Notes under the pieces: model-generated | Seen by the model: the letters and a program-made list of their open reading frames with translations, nothing else | The model's database searches: none | What the model was told of the DNA's origin: nothing | From: Tubiluchus corallicola | Lineage: Eukaryota; Animalia; Priapulida | DNA length: 44,705 bases | Direction: 5' to 3' | Assembly: GCA_030141605.1 (NCBI GenBank) | Contig: JAQGDQ010001358.1 | Span: 1-44,705 of the forward strand | Shown: positions 25,310-39,159 of the stretch, piece by piece | How positions within the stretch are numbered: the stretch's first letter is position 1 | Layout of the letters: every line of letters starts with the position of its first letter | Position numbers and translations under genes: made by a program

Positions 25310-25561
25310 ATACATTTAATGGTACAATGTTAAATATATGTATAACTGTAATTACACAAGCTCAATTGTAAGTACACATATATACGTATACTATATATAC
25401 ATACGCGGATACATTAATGATACAATGTTAAATGTAATAGCTAATACGATGTTACGAAGATTGTTAAAAGTTATAATCGGAAAAATACATTCCGCAATTA
25501 AAGTTATTACGCAATATGCCAAGTCGCTAATTAACTAAATTTTATAGATCACTTAAACATT

Positions 25562-26253
25562 TATAGGTTTTACACCTCAAATGTAGACACAGGAAAGTTC
25601 AAATGTGACTTAGGTAAGTCAAATGTAGACATAGGAATTTCGAATGTGTTTTGGTAACTCAAATGTGACTTAGGTAAGTCAAATGTAGATGCATTACTTT
25701 GAATAAATCGGTAATTAAGTTATTTAAGTGCAAATTACAAAAAGATAAACCAAAGATAGTCACCACCTCTTTCATAACTTTGAAAAATGTGTTGTTTACT
25801 CTTCCCAATGAACAGTGAATCACTAATTAGTTTTTTTAAGTAATGCATTAGCACTGCATTAATGAATTAGTTTCTCTCAAGAAACATTGTTTATTTTAAG
25901 AATGTATTGTTTTCTCTAACAGTTCCAATGGTATGAAAAGTTTGCAGAATATTAGTGAACTATTAGTAGACCTATAAAGTTATTATTTTCAAAGCAATTA
26001 TTAAATTAAGATTAAAGGAGATTAAATTTAGCATCCTTAAACTTACCACCTATCCACATTTGAGATACCAATATCACATTTGACTTGACATGTGTCTACA
26101 TTTGATTTACCAAAAACGCTTAAGATTTGTTGAAAACCATTGTTAACACATTTGAACTACCAAAGTCTACATTTGAGTTACCAAGACACATCTGAATTAC
26201 CTAAATCTACATTTGAGTTAACGCAGGTCTACATTTGACATGTAAAACCTATA
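25562..26253. mobile_element. MITE / foldback-like element with modular inverted arms (~690 bp)
   Basis: TATAGGTTTTACACCTCAAATGTAGAC ... GTCTACATTTGACATGTAAAACCTATA (25/27 inverted match); each arm carries ~20-bp TCAAATGT subrepeats in mirror orientation. Confidence 0.8.
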
Positions 26254-26293
26254 GAAATTACAACGTATGTCAAACGTTCTATAGTTACCATTG

Positions 26294-26486
<193 letters not shown>

Positions 26487-26774
26487 TAAATTACGAATGA
26501 GACCATTTCTGGACGCGCCACAGGTTTAGAACCGCCACTTAATACTTTGAGTGCTTATTATGATAATTGAAGGCAGTGATTTTTCTCTGCTCATTGAATC
26601 CATCAGTCTATTTAATCAACTGTATATTTGCCTAGCAGTCGACAGCAGGGATTTTAGGCCTAATTTTGTGACTTTGATGTCTGGCATTAAATCTGGGAAG
26701 TTTATAACTGCTGAATAAACTTGCGTAGATGAAATTGCGTGGATTTAAATTCTTGTTTAAAGAAGCTGCATTAA

Positions 26775-27357
26775 AGTACAAGAAAACCCTGCACTTACAC
26801 AAAGCTTAAAAAATTCGTCCTGAAATTTTTTACCACTTACGTACTGCCTTTGTGCATGCAGGACTTGCGCCGTCAGTAACGCTGTATAAAACGTGTAAAT
26901 TTATACCCCCGCATGGACCGTTAGGCGCGGCCATTTTAATGGTAGGTCGTTTTTTTGATAAGATTAAAGATCAATAAGATTAAAAATACGTTTTTTGGTT
27001 AGTGAGTGGCGCACCCTGGAGGGTGAGTCAGCGACATTTTACCAATTGAGACAGACATTTTAAATTATTATATCTAGTTACATAAGTCGTCCAACAGGCA
27101 AGCGAAATGCTAAGTAATATAGATTTGCATGGAAAGTTTTTTTGGGACGTAATCTAACATTTCCTTTTCCTCCCCTGGTTGACGTTGTGCGTATATGACG
27201 TCATATAATGGAGACTTAAGAACAGTATTGCGGGAGATTTAAAATGAAAATAAACAAAAATTCCTTTTAATGCGAGTACCATATATGCATAAAATTGTAA
27301 TATATTTTTTAAGGCGATTTTTCTGAAATTTACTTCAGGTTCCCCCTTTCTTGTCGT
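26775..27357 (-). mobile_element. Kolobok-type family 1, both ends present, internal deletion
   Basis: TTAA|AGTACAAGAAAA ... TTTCTTGTCGT|TTAA; reverse complement of 6877-7562. Confidence 0.85.
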
Positions 27358-27361
27358 TTAA

Positions 27362-27675
27362 AGCACAAGAAAAAGCTCTTCATAAATAAAAGAAGTTTTA
27401 TGTCACTTTCACGCTGTCTTGTTGCATACAGAGCTTATGTTAGCAGTAACGTTGTATAAAACATGTAAATTTAAACTCCCACGTTGACCGTTTAGGTGCA
27501 GCCATTTTGACGGTGAGTCGTTTGAAACAAGTGATAACATTGTGTTAAGTTTGAAAAGTGCACACGTCACTAACTAAGCAAAAGTTTAAATTACCTTATT
27601 TTGTCAATAAGATTAAAAATGCATTTTTAGTGTGTTGGTGGTGCACACTGGGAAGGTGGGTCAGTGACGTTTTTT
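27362..27675 (-). mobile_element. Kolobok-type family 1, truncated copy sharing TTAA 27358-27361 with its neighbour
   Basis: TTAA|AGCACAAGAAAA, then colinear with the family right half to GTCAGTGACGTTTT. Confidence 0.8.
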
Positions 27676-27893
27676 AAGAAGCATCAGTGTAACAGAGTGA
27701 AATATGGAAAATCTTCGTGCAAACCCAATAGTTGAGATTTCCGAAAAATTCAAATTCGTACGTTTTTCATTTCTAATTAGACAATCGGAAGTGGTACTGA
27801 CAAGCCGCTGGCATATCAATGTCTAGTTTTTTGCAATATTACTACTTACAATATTACCTAATGATCTAATGTCTACTTACACGTAACTGGCAT

Positions 27894-28101
27894 ATGATGA
27901 TGATAATGATGATGATGATGATGAAGGTGAAGATGAAGATGATGATGATGTTGATGATGACGATAATGATGATGCTGATGCTGATGATGTTGATGATGTT
28001 GCTGCTGATGATGATATGATGATGATGACGATGATGATGATGATCATGATCATGATGATGATGATGATGATCATGATCATGATCATGATGATGATGATGA
28101 T
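27894..28101. repeat. (GAT)n degenerate microsatellite
   Basis: Directly visible. Confidence 0.93.
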
Positions 28102-28626
28102 ATCGATCTAACACACGTACTGCAATGGTGTTGCTTGCTCGTTATTGGACAATGCAATGCTGGACTAGCAGAACGGAATGACTGAACATAGCAGAACGAA
28201 ACGATGTAGAAAACTGGAACGATGTTCTCCCAGACCGGAAATTGGTCCATGAATGAATATTGGCTCTACATGTGGAATGACTAAATGAGAAGCCGTTAGC
28301 TTGAATCAGATCTAATCAGCTCTAATAAGATCTAGCCCACATGTATTACTAACCTACCCTCCCTAATTTTACTTGACGTTTGCATTGAACGTTATATTGT
28401 GTATCATATACATTAACCATACTTGATGCAATTGCAAGGCTATTAATTTACCCTAATTATTTTCTTCAGTTCTTGTACGTTGAAAAGCTTTGATGATAGG
28501 CTATGATTTTAATAAATACCTAGCCACTTAGCAATCAGTAAGGCTATTAAAGTCCTTAGGACTGTATTGTTCGTAAGTGCCTTTTGAATTATGAATTTAT
28601 TCCACAGCAACTCAAACATAAGTAAC

Positions 28627-28831
28627 GGCACGGTAACGGTTACGAATAGAGTCTGCATATATCATGCGGTACGGTAACGGTTACGCACACAGTCTGCATT
28701 TATCATGCAGCACGGTAACGGTTACGGATACAGTCTGCATTTATCATGCGGCACGGTAACGGTTACGCACACAGTCTGCAATTATCATGCGGCACGGTAA
28801 CGGTTACGGATACAGTCTGCATTTATCATGC
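28627..28831. repeat. 41-bp minisatellite, 5 copies
   Basis: CGGTAACGGTTACG at 28631 and 28672; contains the near-palindrome GTAAC-G-GTTAC. Confidence 0.92.
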
Positions 28832-29233
28832 GCTTACTCAACAAATCCCTATCGTGCCATTTTACATAGAAATAAACGTAATTTGATGGTTCAAAACGAG
28901 TCATTTTAATTCCCAAGGTTCCCTGATAGGAAAGAATTTATAGGCTTTAATGTCTATAAAGAATTACCGTCATTTGAGCAGGACTCGTTAAATCAAGTTT
29001 ATTACTGGAAAGATTCATTAGTTTTCATAATTAACGAATTCAGCTGCTCGAAAGTTTAGAAAAAAAGTGCAGCGCTTTTTTTAGGAATTGATTTTTATGC
29101 AGGTTGTACCAACAAGCGTTTTGTATAAAGTCGCCGAAGGTAGATAAATAACCACATTTTTAAGGGTTGTTTTACTGTTGCAATTGCTAGCCCACGTCCA
29201 GCGAGCAGTCGTCATAGTATTGGTCATCCAGTA

Positions 29234-29812
29234 TTGCCGAATTGTAACTGTGGATTTCGGTTTGAGTCTGTTGAACACTTTTTGTTGCACTGCCCATTGT
29301 ATCAAGAAACTAGGGTGGTTATGTTTGATAAACTAAATGAAATACTTCTGCCCGAAAACCTTAATATAGCTGACTTAGGAAGTAATGATCTGTTGAAGTT
29401 GTTATTATTCGGAAAAGATGAATTTAACTATGTTGCAAACTGTAAAATATTCCTATGCATACATGACTTTATATTACGTACTAAACGCTTCCAGTAGTTT
29501 CTATCTGGTATGAAATGCATCAGTCTTAAATATTCGTACATTAATATTTTCTAACCGTCATTTTCTACTAATGTCAAATGTAATCTTGTAGTAAAACTTG
29601 ACAGTTTGTGTAGTTATAGTCCATTCTTACTGTAAATGTTACTAATGTCTAATGTAATCTTGTAGTAAAACTTGTCAGCTTGTGTAGTTATAGTCAATTC
29701 TTACTGTAAATGTTTTTGTAAATTGTGTATAAAGTCTTTTGTGGTGAGGATCCTAAATCATGTTGTTCAAACTGTCTGATCCAATCCTATAATAAATTAT
29801 GATTGAACTAAA
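29234..29812 (+). mobile_element. CR1-like LINE 3' end: C-terminal CCHC-type domain plus 3'UTR with 2 x 74-bp repeats
   Basis: ORF CNCGFRFESVEHFLLHCPLYQETR...LLLFG...N.KIF...FILRTKRFQ* has the CxCG..E...HF...CP.Y...R pattern seen at the ORF2 end of invertebrate CR1-group LINEs; AATAAA near 29791. Clade assignment is tentative. Confidence 0.78.
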
Positions 29813-29983
29813 GAGCAGTGGCGGTTGTGAGTTCGATTCTCGGGCGAGCCTTACTTTGCTATTCTGCCTAGTGGTGTTTTCTGTCGCATGAGTTCTTTTT
29901 CTAACAGCAGCGTCGCAAGTGTGAACTGCTTTGCAAATTATTTCAAACTCTCAGACAGTTGCTGCAACTTCATTTACTACGAC

Positions 29984-30192
29984 TTACTGTCAAGTCTGAA
30001 CACAAACGCGAGTTACTCTGGACATTTCTCGCAATGAGTAGAGAAGTGAGTGTTAGCTCGCGCTTACTGTCTGAGAGTAACTCACAGCAGCTTTTACTGT
30101 CTAGTCTGAACACACTTGCAAGTTACTCTGGACATTTTTCGCAGTGAGTAGAGAAGTGAGAGTCAGCTCGCACTTACTGTGGGAGAGTAACT
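29984..30192. repeat. ~110-bp tandem duplication
   Basis: TTACTGTC.AGTCTGAACAC...AGTTACTCTGGACATTT.TCGCA.TGAGTAGAGAAGTGAG at 29984 and 30094. Confidence 0.8.
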
Positions 30193-30520
30193 TGCATTAA
30201 GTTCTGAACGTCCCTGCTAGTTACTCGGCGAGAAAACTCGGTAGTGTGAACGAGGCGTTAGATTTTTTCCTGTAAAATAATTGATTTTTCTTAACAATAT
30301 TGGCAGTGCTGTGAATACGATTCATACGAGTAAAATTGAAAATTTCTGACGCAAGGTAGTGATGCGTCAGAAATTAGCGCGCATTAATTCGGATAGCGGA
30401 ATAATATTTTGAAACAAGGAAAAGGTTTGTTTGCATTAGTCGAAAGTCACACCAGTAAAATAATTTGATTAATCTTGTGGTTATTGCTGCTTGTTGATTA
30501 TTGTTCTTTATTGAGTAGCG

Positions 30521-30795
30521 TGTGGAACAGCCACGATGGGCATGGCAAACTATCAAAACTTTATTTAATAAGCAACACATTTATTAAACAACAAACACAA
30601 CACGGTAAATATAAGAGGATAGTAATACCAGCCCTCCGTCTTCAAGTCAGTTCCTAATCTCCCCCGAGGTGCGGGCCTCAAAACACTTTTGTCTAACTAC
30701 CTAATGCGCCGTGAGCTTCTGCGCATAAAGATTACATCATCAATTTTTACTTCTGAGTCAGCCGGTCGAACATCAGCTGGTCACGTGATGCCACA
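30521..30795 (-). mobile_element. Possible solo LTR
   Basis: TGTGG...CCACA termini and minus-strand AATAAA near 30560-30585; no target-site duplication seen. Confidence 0.25.
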
Positions 30796-31513
30796 CCTAA
30801 CTAGGCTTCTACCCACGACGATAGTTTAATCTTGCATCGTCAAGCATTTAATCTTGAATTATTAATTTAACAATTTAATCACCAATTTAGTCAAAATCAC
30901 TATTACTGATACGTCTAAACGTCTCTATATGGAGAATTTTCGTTTTGAAGAAATAACTCCATTATATTACCGACTTACATAAATAACTAAGCTGCTTATT
31001 GTCTGAATATGTCCAAGTTAAAGGACAAGGACCACTAATAATAATAATTATTATTATTGTGAGTTTATTTCGTATAAAAATATACAGTTTACAAAGATAA
31101 AGATGTTAGTAAAACAGGTAATGCGATGTTAGTAAAGTAACATATCTACAGACATTCAACTTTATAATAACCACACATTGTAGTTCCCTTGTAATTATAT
31201 TACAGTGTACAGTGTTGTAAGAAGCTATAATAGATATCTTAAAACATAATCTTTAAATGAGTTCTTAACCTTTAACTCTACATATTCGTTTAGATCTACA
31301 GTACAACCATATTTAAATCTAAAATTTACTCGACTGTTATTTACATAGTAGCATACTTTGGAATTCTCACTGTGCAAGATTTTGCAATTTTTCTCACAAA
31401 GCTTAATTTTCGACTATCTATTAAATAATTAGCAGGCATTGTGCCACAAAAATACATTAACCGAATCTTTTTCTATAAGCAGTGTTCCATTTCTCATTTT
31501 ATGACGTAACTAT

Positions 31514-31960
31514 CACTACATACAGTGCAACACAAATGTTAGAAAATTTTCTATTAAATACAATGGCCCCTACGTATGGAATTCAATTACTCCAGCTATT
31601 AAAAATGCCAACTCGCTGTCCATATTTAAAAAAAATTATAAATTAAACTTACTTGAAACATATAACTGATCACTCAATCATGATTTGTTGTTTTTCATTT
31701 TCAAAAACTTCCCCTCTAGTATAATAATATTTTTATTACTTCCCACCCCTATATATATTTGTGTATATTGTTTTTTTGTATCTGTATATATTGTAATTTT
31801 TTTCGTAACTAATTCTAGTGGCCTACCATAAGCTAGCTTCTTAGGTCTCTAGCGCAGAATTCATGAATTGTATCATATTTTTGTATTAACAAAACCTGAT
31901 TATCGATGCACATGTAATGTATATGTATATGTTTATTGCGAAATAAATCTACTGAACTAT
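31514..31960 (+). mobile_element. L2/Crack-like LINE 3' end
   Basis: HYIQCNTNVRKFSIKYNGPYVWNSITPAIKNANSLSIFKKNYKLNLLETYN* (the FS..Y.GP..WN...IK...S...FK pattern), then a 3'UTR ending GAAATAAA. Confidence 0.8.
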
Positions 31961-32267
31961 TTTAGTAAAAGAATTCTCATTTTAGCGCAGATCTTATTAC
32001 TCATGGTTGACGTAGAGTTTGTAGCAGCAGGCTTAATCGCCTACAATATCGTGTTTATAAGACGAAGCCATAAATAGCTTAATAAGACGGGATTTCCCAC
32101 TTGCTAAACAAACTGCCTTTTTATTATTGCAACTATGAAACACGTTGAACAATTTCCCGCCTCCTTCGATCAGGCTAATCCAATACGGTACAGTTTAATC
32201 ATGGCAGTTTAATTATCGTACAGGTGGCGCTGGCGTGGGGGCATTTTATTACTAAATGTAACATTAA

Positions 32268-32820
32268 AGGAGAACCGGATGATTGTGTAAACACGAGTTC
32301 AGAATAAAGAATGCTCTAAAATATTGAAAACTACAATAGCTTTTTTAAACCGAAGCTTAGATTAAATAATAATTACCTCGGATACTCAAATTTCGTTAAA
32401 CTTTCAAAGCTACGCGCGGCTCAGTGAATCTACTAAGACTGGCAGCGGCGCATTTTTGTCACATTCGCCTGGACGACAAATAGAAGGCGGTGCTGTGATA
32501 AACATGATCATGAACAGCAGTGTTAGTTTCTGACGTCATATGACGTAGAGCCCATTTTTCGTGACATCCATCATGCGTTTAAACAGTACTGTAGCACTTA
32601 TGCAAATGTGCTTGAAGCGCAAGAGAATACGCCTGCCATTGCAAAAACTGTGGTTAGTTTCTGACGTAAGCAACAGCTGCGTTCGGTTGCCGTTAATTAA
32701 CTTTCTGAGCGAATTATTCAAATATAAGAAACAATTGCTAACGTTTTTAATCAAGAAAATGTATATTTTGGACAGTAAATTAAAATGAGATTGAGTCTAA
32801 ACAATCGGTCCGGTCTTCTT
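32268..32820. mobile_element. Kolobok-type non-autonomous transposon, family 2 (extra right end at 33409-33441)
   Basis: TTAA|AGGAGAACCGGATGATTG ... CAATCGGTCCGGTCTTCTT|TTAA; a second right end AATCGTCCGGTTTTACT|TTAA ends at 33441. Confidence 0.7.
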
Positions 32821-32958
32821 TTAATAAAGGCATTAATAATAAAATTATCGCTTTTTTCACTGATTCTAGATCAGACAATATACAGCACATTTTCGTCTTA
32901 TAATTTCTTCGCGTTTGATTAACTTGACTTGTGAATATTACATTGTTTCTCTTCTTGC

Positions 32959-33071
<113 letters not shown>

Positions 33072-33535
33072 ATAATTTTTTTTTCATCTCATTCCCTCCT
33101 TTTTTAGGCTTGTTGTAATATTGAAATAGCTTAAATTTCCCTCTAATCTTACTGTACTTATTTGCTTCTGAATGAATTTTTACATTAATAGTGTTCTAGT
33201 TTTCTGTATTTAAGCTGTGTAACACAAGTCTACCTTGAACATTTAGACCTGTAGGCTAGCCAGGTTAATTGTTCCGCTGTGTTTTAGTAAAGTGGTATTT
33301 TAGTATTGATAATAATTATGTTATTTGATTCTGTGATTGTACCTGCTAGTACAGTTATTATAATATAATTTCTAGTGACTTGTTAATGATTGTGTTGTTT
33401 GATTCTTTGACATTGAGTCTAAAGAATCGTCCGGTTTTACTTTAATATGCGGAATCGAAATTTCTAATTCTGTGTTTATTCTAACCCGTGGCAGACGATT
33501 TAAAATATTAGTGTATGTTTATAGTCTGAAGTTAA

Positions 33536-34144
33536 AGGACAAAAAAGGGGTACTTGAAGTTGGTTTCAGAAAAATTGCCTTAAATATTATATTACTCGCA
33601 AAACTGTCCGACACGCGCCATTACATGACGTCATATACGCACAACGTAAATCAAGGGAAGAAAAGGAAATGTTAAACTATGTCCCTAAACACTTTTTATG
33701 CAAAGTTATGTTACTTAACATTTCGCTTGCGTGTTTAGAAATCTTATGTAACTAGAAAAGAAAATTATTAATTATTTAAATTGCTTTCACCAATTGGTAA
33801 AATGTCGCTGACTCATCCTCCAGGGTGCACCACTCACTAATCAAAAACGTATTTTTAATCTTATTGACAAGATACAGTAATTCAAAATTTTACTTAGTTA
33901 GTGACATGTGCGCTACGAATGCTCTGATTATTTTTTCAGACTTTACAAAATGTTATCTAAACTTGTTTCAAATGACCTGTCGTCAAAATGGCCGCATCTA
34001 CGATCATCGCGGGAGTTTGAATTTACAAGTTTTATACAGCGTTACTGCCGATGCAAGCCCTGCATACGAAAAGGCAGTATGTAAGTGGTATAAAATTTCA
34101 AGACGATTTTTATGCTTTATGTAAGTGGAGGGCTTTCTTGTGCT
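33536..34144 (+). mobile_element. Kolobok-type family 1, both ends present
   Basis: TTAA|AGGACAAAAAA ... TTTCTTGTGCT|ATAA; colinear with 6877-7562 apart from a ~70-bp deletion near 33595. Confidence 0.85.
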
Positions 34145-34602
34145 ATAAGCAACACCAAGTCTGGAGAGTAAATGAATGGGTCATCAACAGGGATTATGTT
34201 TGTAACTCATTTAGGTAACTAAGTCTTGTAACTATGCGTTTTCGTATTTTACCCAGATATGTCCAGGTGTCCAGTTTGATGGTTACAGCTTCAGCAAAAA
34301 ATTTTGTTTTTATTATTATTCCACTTCTTCTTATTCACAAATTGCTGCTGCCGCTGTCGCCGCCTCCTCACTAGTTGTTGTCAGAGCGATGGCGTGTTAT
34401 TTGATTATTATTACTATAATTTTTTATTTTTAAAAACTCAGTATACCGTGACTTTCGAGACCCTGTATTTTAAGTACAGTATCCTCACTCCTCCCACACA
34501 ACAGAAATCAAGACTATGTGGTTATCTCTATTTTAAATAATAATTACTAGAGGAGCAAAAGAGCTTCCTTGCAGAACTCCTGATTAGCTCACACAAAGTC
34601 AA

Positions 34603-34633
<31 letters not shown>

Positions 34634-34738
34634 CTTTGTTTTTAAAAACTGGAATTCTCTGTTTTTTACAGAATACATTCCCTCTATTGGTAGGGATATG
34701 TTTAAAATTTCTAAAAGCATTTACAACGTATTAAACAT

Positions 34739-34741
<3 letters not shown>

Positions 34742-34796
<55 letters not shown>
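34742..34796. repeat. (CA)n(TA)n microsatellite
   Basis: Directly visible. Confidence 0.93.
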
Positions 34797-34802
<6 letters not shown>

Positions 34803-35460
34803 GAATCCAACGCATGAGACACATTGTACGAAAACGATCATATACCATAGACATAGTTACAAATTATAGTCCAACACTACATAATAAACGATAACGAACA
34901 TATTTTAATACTTGATAACTAAAATTTACACACATTATACACAATGAAAAACAGCGAGTACAATTATAATAAACACAATTACCAATTCTAATGCAAATTC
35001 ACATAATCATAAATAAAAACAAAAGAGCATACAGAAAACACGACGAGAGTTGTAAAATTTTATCACCTGCTAGTCTGTTATTTGATTAACTGTCATTATC
35101 AGTGTTGTCAATGTCGTCATCGCCGTCGTCATTGTTGTCCGTGCAGCATCGGCTTTCACATCAACGCAACTTCTCTGGTTCTCTTCGCTTTCCTCCTTTT
35201 CATCCATCCCTCTCTTTCTCTTTTTCCACTTATTTGTTATTTGTTAGTAGGTTAACTGCATTTAACGTTTTAAGCAAAACTATCCCAAACACTCCCGAAA
35301 TCTGTGCCGAATTCGAGACAGTTGAACTACACGGCGCTTCTACAAATCACTCACTTAACTGGGCTTCTTCGTATGTCAGCATGGCTTCACGGCTGGCAGG
35401 AAGGCTGTACGATCTCCGACTTTTCACTCGGCCAGAATGTTTATTATTGGTTACACGTAT

Positions 35461-38170
35461 ATACACTGGCGAGTCGGCAATATTGGCCAACTGCACAGCA
35501 TGTTACTATCAACCGGAACAGGATTTCTTCCTCAAACTTGCAACAACAGGGTCACTGATATCAGCCAGCGTGTTACAACATGTCTAGGTGTTGACGATGC
35601 GGGCAGATGTACACTGGCGAGTCAGCAATATTGGCCAACTGCACAGCATGTTACTATCAACCGAACAGGATTTCTTCTTCAAACTTGCAACAACAGGGTC
35701 ACTGATATCCGCCAGCGTGTTACATCATGTCTAGGTGTTGACGATGCGAGCAGATGTACACTCGCGAGTCGGCAATATTGGCCAACTGCACAGCGTGTTA
35801 CTATCAACCGGAACAGGGTTTCCTCCTCAAACTTGCAACAACAGGGTCACTGATATCCGCCAGCGTGTTACATCATGTCTAGGTGTTGACGATGCGGGCA
35901 GATGTACACTGGCGAGTCGGCAATATTGGCCAACTGCACAGCATGTTACTATCAACCGGAACAGGGTTTCCTCCTCAAACTTGCAACAACAGGTTCACTG
36001 ATATCCGCCAGCGTGTTACATCATGTCTAGGTGATGACGATGCGGGCAGATGTACACTCGCGAGTCAGCAATATTGGCCAACTGCACAGCATGTTACTAT
36101 CAACCCGAACAGGATTTCTTCCTCAAACTTGCAACAACAGGGTCACTGATATCAGCCAGCGTGTTACAACATGTCTAGGTGTTGACGATGCGGGCAGATG
36201 TACACTGGCGAGTCAGCAATATTGGCCAACTGCACAGCATGTTACTATCAACCGAACAGGATTTCTTCTTCAAACTTGCAACAACAGGGTCACTGATATC
36301 CGCCAGCGTGTTACATCATGTCTAGGTGTTGACGATGCGGGCAGATGTACACTCGCGAGTCGGCAATATTGGCCAACTGCACAGCATGTTACTATCAACC
36401 CGAACAGGGTTTCCTCCTCAAACTTGCAACAACAGGGTCACTGATATCCGCCAGCGTGTTACAACATGTCTAGGTGTTGACGATGCGGGCAGATGTACAC
36501 TCGCGAGTCAGCAATATTGGCCAACTGCACAGCATGTTACTATCAACCGGAACAGGGTTTCCTCCTCAAACTTGCAACAACAGGTTCACTGATATCAGCC
36601 AGCGTGTTACAACATGTCTAGGTGTTGACGATGCGGGCAGATGTACACTGGCGAGTCGGCAATATTGGCCAACTGCACAGCATGTTACTATCAACCGGAA
36701 CAGGGTTTCCTCCTCAAACTTGCAACAACAGGTTCACTGATATCCGCCAGCGTGTTACATCATGTCTAGGTGATGACGATGCGGGCAGATGTACACTCGC
36801 GAGTCAGCAATATTGGCCAACTGCACAGCATGTTACTATCAACCGGAACAGGATTTCTTCCTCAAACTTGCAACAACAGGGTCACTGATATCAGCCAGCG
36901 TGTTACAACATGTCTAGGTGTTGACGATGCGGGCAGATGTACACTCGCGAGTCAGCAATATTGGCCAACTGCACAGCGTGTTACTATCAACCGGAACAGG
37001 ATTTCTTCCTCAAACTTGCAACAACAGGGTCACTGATATCAGCCAGCGTGTTACAACATGTCTAGGTGTTGACGATGCGGGCAGATGTACACTGGCGAGT
37101 CGGCAATATTGGCCAACTGCACAGCATGTTACTATCAACCGGAACAGGGTTTCCTCCTCAAACTTGCAACAACAGGTTCACTGATATCCGCCAGCGTGTT
37201 ACAACATGTCTAGGTGATGACGATGCGGGCAGATGTACACTGGCGAGTCAGCAATATTGGCCAACTGCACAGCATGTTACTATCAACCGGAACAGGATTT
37301 CTTCCTCAAACTTGCAACAACAGGGTCACTGATATCAGCCAGCGTGTTACAACATGTCTAGGTGTTGACGATGCGGGCAGATGTACACTCGCGAGTCAGC
37401 AATATTGGCCAACTGCACAGCGTGTTACTATCAACCGGAACAGGATTTCTTCCTCAAACTTGCAACAACAGGGTCACTGATATCAGCCAGCGTGTTACAA
37501 CATGTCTAGGTGTTGACGATGCGGGCAGATGTACACTTGCGAGTCAGCAATATTGGCCAACTGCACAGCGTGTTACTATCAACCGGAACAGGATTTCTTC
37601 CTCAAACTTGCAACAACAGGGTCACTGATATCCGCCAGCGTGTTACAACATGTCTAGGTGTTGACGATGCGGGCAGATGTACACTGGCGAGTCAGCAATA
37701 TTGGCCAACTGCACAGCGTGTTACTATCAACCGGAACAGGATTTCTTCCTCAAACTTGCAACAACAGGGTCACTGATATCAGCCAGCGTGTTACAACATG
37801 TCTAGGTGTTGACGATGCGGGCAGATGTACACTCGCGAGTCGGCAATATTGGCCAACTGCACAGCATGTTACTATCAACCGAACAGGGTTTCTTCCTCAA
37901 ACTTGCAGCAACAGGGTCACTGATATCAGCCAGCGTGTTACAACATGTCTAGGTGTTGACGATGCGGGCAGATGTACACTTGCGAGTCAGCAATATTGGC
38001 CAACTGCACAGCATGTTACTATCAACCGAACAGGATTTCTTCCTCAAACTTGCAGCAACAGGGTCACTGATATCAGCCAGCGTGTTACAACATGTCTAGG
38101 TGTTGACGATGCGGGCAGATGTACACTCGCGAGTCAGCATCCGACGTTGCACGGCATGTTACTATCAACC
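35461..38170. repeat. 147/148-bp satellite, ~18 highly similar copies
   Basis: The ORF track recurs every 148 bp; monomer TGTACACTSGCGAGTCRGCAATATTGGCCAACTGCACAGC...GACGATGCGGGCAGA. Confidence 0.97.
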
Positions 38171-38570
38171 CATCATCATCCAATGAATCACACGTCCAGT
38201 GACATGATTCTGCTCACCTCCCTATGCCAGGACTCCCTGCTCGCCGCAATGCCCCAAGTGCATTTATTTTTAAGGATCAAAGCCGAAGTGTTTAAATCTT
38301 TCTGTGCAAAATCTAAATATGTTAAAATTTGTCCTCCTGCAGGTTTTTTAGCAGGCTTGTTGAAGAGCTATCTTCACTGGAATATCATCAGGTAGTCTAA
38401 GCACATGCCCAATCCATCTTAAACGGATTTAGGATTTAGGAATTGAGTCTTTTTATTTTTCTTGTCCAAGGTTCTTCTTTTATTTTTTCATATAGATCTT
38501 TGTTTGAGATTTTCTTTGGCTATCCAATACCCAAAATGTTTCTGTAATTTCGCCTTAGAAAAAAAGCGTG
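38170..38570 (-). mobile_element. RTE-clade LINE 3' end with short (GAT)n tail
   Basis: Minus strand: RRNYRNILGIG*PKKISNKDLYEKIKEEPW...RLRWIGHVLRLPDDIPVKIAL/KKPAGGQILTYLDFAQKDL...WGIAASRESW; related to 1-229. It may extend in decayed form to ~38880. Confidence 0.85.
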
Positions 38571-38933
38571 GAAATCTTTGAAAGAAATTTCAACACCAGT
38601 GCACGCCATAGTATGGATTTTAGCAAATGCAACGCATTTTAAGGATATCACGTGTGTTTCTGCAAAAACATTGTTCAGGTTATTTACTATGTACAAACTG
38701 CAAACCTCAGTGATCGAACATTGCTTAGACACGCAACTTTTTCCACCCCAAAATGAATCATACCAGAGGCTGTGAAAATATTTATATTGCGCTTTGCAAC
38801 CATTTATCCCTGTTCCAATAATTCTTTGATGCTGATGCTCTCAAATGATTCTCAAATGGGAAAATTTCTTAGTTAAATATCGACGCACTGTAGCTGAGAT
38901 GCATTCAGGAACATGGAGGGGGTAATGTATACC

Positions 38934-39099
38934 TGTTGATGTTGTTGTTGTTGTTATTGTTGTTGTTGTTGCTGCTGTTGCTGTGTTGTTGTTGCTTTCA
39001 TTGTTGTTGTCATCGTCGTCGTTGTTGTTGTTGTTGTTGTTGTTGTCGTCATTGTTGTTGATGTTGTTGTTATTGTTGTTGTTGTTGCTGCTGCTGCTG

Positions 39100-39159
<60 letters not shown>

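Noticed and set aside
29818-29850. tRNA or tRNA-SINE head (GAGTTCGATTCTC, B-box-like)
   Set aside because: No A box or cloverleaf; at most a truncated fragment.
35461-38170. Tandem 88-aa genes, or a ribozyme-containing retrozyme array
   Set aside because: The 148-bp period shifts frame in every unit. There is no CTGANGA/GAAA core on either strand, and the HDV-like loop GTTT-CCTCCTC-AAAC lacks a P1 partner.
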